A DNA stretch of 64,000 nucleotides from the human T2T-CHM13v2.0 reference genome, Homo sapiens. Position numbers and translations under genes: made by a program. Below, piece after piece: positions 60,765 through 64,000 of the stretch (position 1 is the stretch's first letter; every line of letters starts with the position of its first letter). The stretch lies in NCBI RefSeq assembly GCF_009914755.1, contig NC_060930.1. The stretch is one strand, 5' to 3'. A model generated the notes under the pieces. It was not told where the DNA came from and did not search any database. It saw nothing but the letters and a program-made list of their open reading frames with translations.

Positions 60765-60960
60765 CAGGGGTCAGCAAACTTTTTCTGTAAAAGACCAGAT
60801 AGTGAATATTTTCATATGCCATATATTCTGTGTCATGACAACTATACTCAGCCATAGACAATATACAAAGGAGGGGAATGGCTGTGTGCCAATAAAACTT
60901 CATTTACAAAAATAGGCAACAGCCTGGATATGGCTAGGGCCTATAGTTGGCTGACTCTTG
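60765..60960 (+). mobile_element. MER58A hAT-Charlie DNA transposon
   Basis: TIRs caggggtcagcaaact / agttggctgactcttg; 8-bp TSD ttttagac / ttctagac. Confidence 0.88.
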
Positions 60961-61089
60961 TTCTAGACTATTATATAAAACATTTTCTTCTGTCCTCAGA
61001 CAAAACCTTCCGGCTTATTCTGATTCTCAGGTGATGACTTTGATTCTTAATCTAATTAGAACATTGAGATCATCTTAAAAAGGATATTA

Positions 61090-61235
61090 GGTTGGGCATG
61101 GTGGCTCATGCCTGTAATCCCAGTTTTTGGGATGCCAGGATCTCTCGATGCCAGGAGTTCAAGACCAGCCTAGGCAATGTAGTGAGAGCCCATCTCTACA
61201 AAAAAATAAAAATTACAGAAACAAATTAAAAAGAA
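61090..61235 (+). mobile_element. Alu left monomer (FLAM_C-like)
   Basis: ggttgggcatggtggctcatgcctgtaatcccag..caggagttcaagaccagcc plus an A-rich tail. Confidence 0.85.
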
Positions 61236-61670
61236 AAGAATGTTAATTATCTACCTCCACTGTATCTAGGCATTTCTCAGATTCTAGAAACATATTCTCT
61301 GTTATTTCTTGGAATACTGCTGTAGTATATAGATTAATTGTCCATGCCCATCTTTAAGGCCAACACTTTCAGTTGTGCAATAGATCTTACATCTTATTAT
61401 CTATTGAAAAAACATAGCTCAAGCCATCCTCTTTCGTTACCCCAACTCATCCATTTTTCTTTTTCTGCTGCATCATTTCTATCAACTGCAAAACAAACCA
61501 ACAAAATACAAAGCAACAGCAAGAAAATCACACAGCGATTTTAGCTGCCACATCCCCTTCCAGCTGCACTCAAATTTATATCTTTTGTCTTACATACTTC
61601 AACAATGGTTTCTGTATTACTGAATTTAACTCTTCTCCTGTTTTCTCTTTAAACCACATTAATTAGGCTT

Positions 61671-61838
61671 TTCTGTTTCTTTTTTTTTATTTTTTTTTAC
61701 TTTAAGTTCTGGGATACATATGCTGAACATGTAGGTTTGTTACATAGGTATACATGTGCCATGGTGGTTTGCCGCACCTATCAACCCGTCATCTAGGTTT
61801 TAAGCCCTGAATGCATTAGGTATTTGTCCTAATGCTCT
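61671..61838 (-). mobile_element. Very short 5'-truncated L1 3' end (L1PA8-L1PA10-like)
   Basis: Poly-T, then actttaagttctgggatacat..cgtcatctaggttttaagccc..gcattaggtatttgtcctaatgctct. Confidence 0.88.
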
Positions 61839-62764
61839 CAGCAGCACATAGCATATTTGACCACTTCTTCCTGTTCTTCTTTCTTCACTTCACTTTCCGG
61901 ATATCATACTTTTCTGCTTTTTCTCCTAACGTTATTTATTCTCAATCTCTTTTGTCAGTTCATCTTAGTGTGACCACAATGTGAGAGGTCTTGGTGCTCA
62001 GGGCTTGACTTGTTCTGTCAGTCCTCACTCCCATGGTTTGTGCTTTTTAAATATTATCCCATATATTTGAAGGGTAAGACTTCAAATTATTTGAATATCT
62101 AGCCAGGGCCTCTCATTTCTACTTCAGTCTTATATCTCCCTACCTCCTCAATATCCCTACTTAGATGGTTAAAAATAAAGTGCTTTGGGGGAAATATAAA
62201 GTTAGTTTGCATTTAGCTAGTATCATAGTATCACAGAATTTCATCAAAATTTTGTTACTGTAGAAACAGTAACAATATGACTGAAACCTAAATCCCAATG
62301 TTTGTTCAAACCATCTCTCTCTATAAAACATCACTTTCATATTCATATCTAACATCTAATTCTTCTTACTACTATGATTTCTGAGTCTCCTACCTCAGCT
62401 TCCATTCCAATGAACACATTAAAAGTGAAAAACCATATATGTGATTCAACCACATATACAAATACATATGCATGTACATATTAAATTGAAAGATTATAGT
62501 GACAGAAAATCTCACTTACATTTAATTTCAAGAACTCAACGAATTATCACATGCAAAATAAACCAATTTGCCATTTATCTTTATGGTGGTAATTCGTTGT
62601 TTTATAAAGCATCTGAAAAGGGATAGGACTGAGTTTCTGTTTGTTTCTATTGAAAAACTAAGGGGTAATGCAAACTGAACACTCATTAAATATATATACA
62701 CACATAATATATATGCAGACATTATATTAATATATTTATGATTATAATATTTAATATTGAAAAC

Positions 62765-62915
62765 ATTCCCATGAGATAGGCGATTTATGGTTTATATTGG
62801 GTAAGAAAAGCAAAGACTAAGCTTAAGAAACGCATGCAAGGTAATATAATTTGGAAATAGTAAATCCACAATTCAAACCTCAGCTATCTAATTTCTAAAA
62901 TGTGTTCTTAACTTC
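62765..62915 (-). mobile_element. MIR fragment
   Basis: ccatgagatagg..caaggtaat..attcaaacctcagctatctaatttctaaaa..ttcttaac. Confidence 0.5.
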
Positions 62916-64000
62916 TGAATTACTTGGTAAGATATCCCAATGTTTAAGAACGAAAAAAAAATAGTACTTTTGAAGAAATCTAGATAATATCCAACCTCGT
63001 TAAATTTACTCCCTATAGAGATATTCTTCAGATGCTGAAAGAAATGTTTCCTTTGCCTTTATTTTCTTACCTATATCAATTTTGGCATTCAGGGCCATGT
63101 TAGGGCTTAGGATATAAATTGTATGTCTGTAAAAATTTCCATTCTGTTAATGTCTTTTATGTGGCAAATTACTCTTGTTCCTTATTATGGTCTATGAGTG
63201 TAATGATTGGGTAATGATATCCAATATTCTGAATCATTTTGTGTATATACACCATATGCATGCAAATTCAATTTGCCTCATACTTTGCTCTTTAATTTGC
63301 ATTTTCATAGAACTAGTTGAGTATTATGAGGTAAAATTATATTGACTGATTTCAATATCTTAAAAAGTTAAATCGTCATTATATGGGAAATGTTTTAAGC
63401 ATTAATTATAAATGAATCATAAAAAAATTCTCAAGGCACACATCTTGAGTTATAATGTGATAATAGCTACATGTACTAAAGATTTATATTAGAGTTGCAG
63501 TACATAACCCATGCTTTGATTAAAAAATTAAACAGTGATATCAAAAGGAAATAATTCATTTTTTAACTGGAAATACCAATGTAAATATATTAATGTAATT
63601 CTAAGCCAGTACAAATTAGATACAAATGGCATAGCTATATAATGACATCAAAAATCAACATACACCAAGTGCATGCCTATGTAAAAGCATTAACAATTTT
63701 TATTTAACAAAAATATAACATTTATTCCCACTAACATTTTTAAAAAACATAATAAATATAGGCTCCTTATCTGAATAATTAGAAATCATACATGTTCTAG
63801 CACAAGACATTTGCCCTTTGGCTTCTGGTTAAAAAACTCTGAGGATTTACAAACCAAAGGGCTGGTATCAAATCATGGAGTTGAGACTTTCTAGACCTAC
63901 ATAAACATCCTGGCACTACACCAAAGTCTAGGTAAATATACAAAAAGTGTCATATTTGAGAAATTACAGGTAAAAGAAACAGGATGAACAAAGCTTTAGG

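Larger units (their letters stand above)
59380..62180 (+). mobile_element. Second LINE-2 remnant in pieces, interrupted by MLT1, MER58A, FLAM and L1
   Basis: ctaaggcc-like/atctttaaggccaac..tgtgcaatagatc, tgaccacttc, ctcactcccatggttt..atctccctac..ttagatg. Confidence 0.6.

Overview
Primate (human-like) AT-rich non-coding DNA made up largely of repeats. I can support no cellular protein-coding gene, RNA gene or CRISPR array, and the ORF track is explained by satellite periodicity, L1/Alu/LTR remnants or chance. Layout: (1) 1-10360 is a ~75-bp tandem satellite (SATR1/SATR2-like) whose monomer has a palindromic GTGTACAC-centred stem. The array switches orientation twice (~35 and ~5792), both times at that palindrome, with reciprocal junction monomers, as expected for one 5.75-kb inversion between monomer hairpins. 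(2) 10586-16608 is a full-length minus-strand L1PA3/L1PA2-type element with a 15-bp TSD and disabled ORF0/ORF1/ORF2. (3) 21113-23058 is an old L1 with twin-priming 5' inversion geometry. (4) Alus, MIRs, L2 and MaLR pieces follow, including a local 140-bp templated duplication. (5) 40961-49590 is an 8.6-kb composite L1 with two 3' ends (L1PA6-like, then L1PA7-like) inside a single TSD, carrying an AluY. (6) 50.8-56.7 kb is a dense row of different solo LTRs. (7) The last part holds L2, MLT1, MER58A, FLAM and a short L1 3' end that appears to have deleted its target. Subfamily names come from my recall of consensus sequences and were not database-checked.
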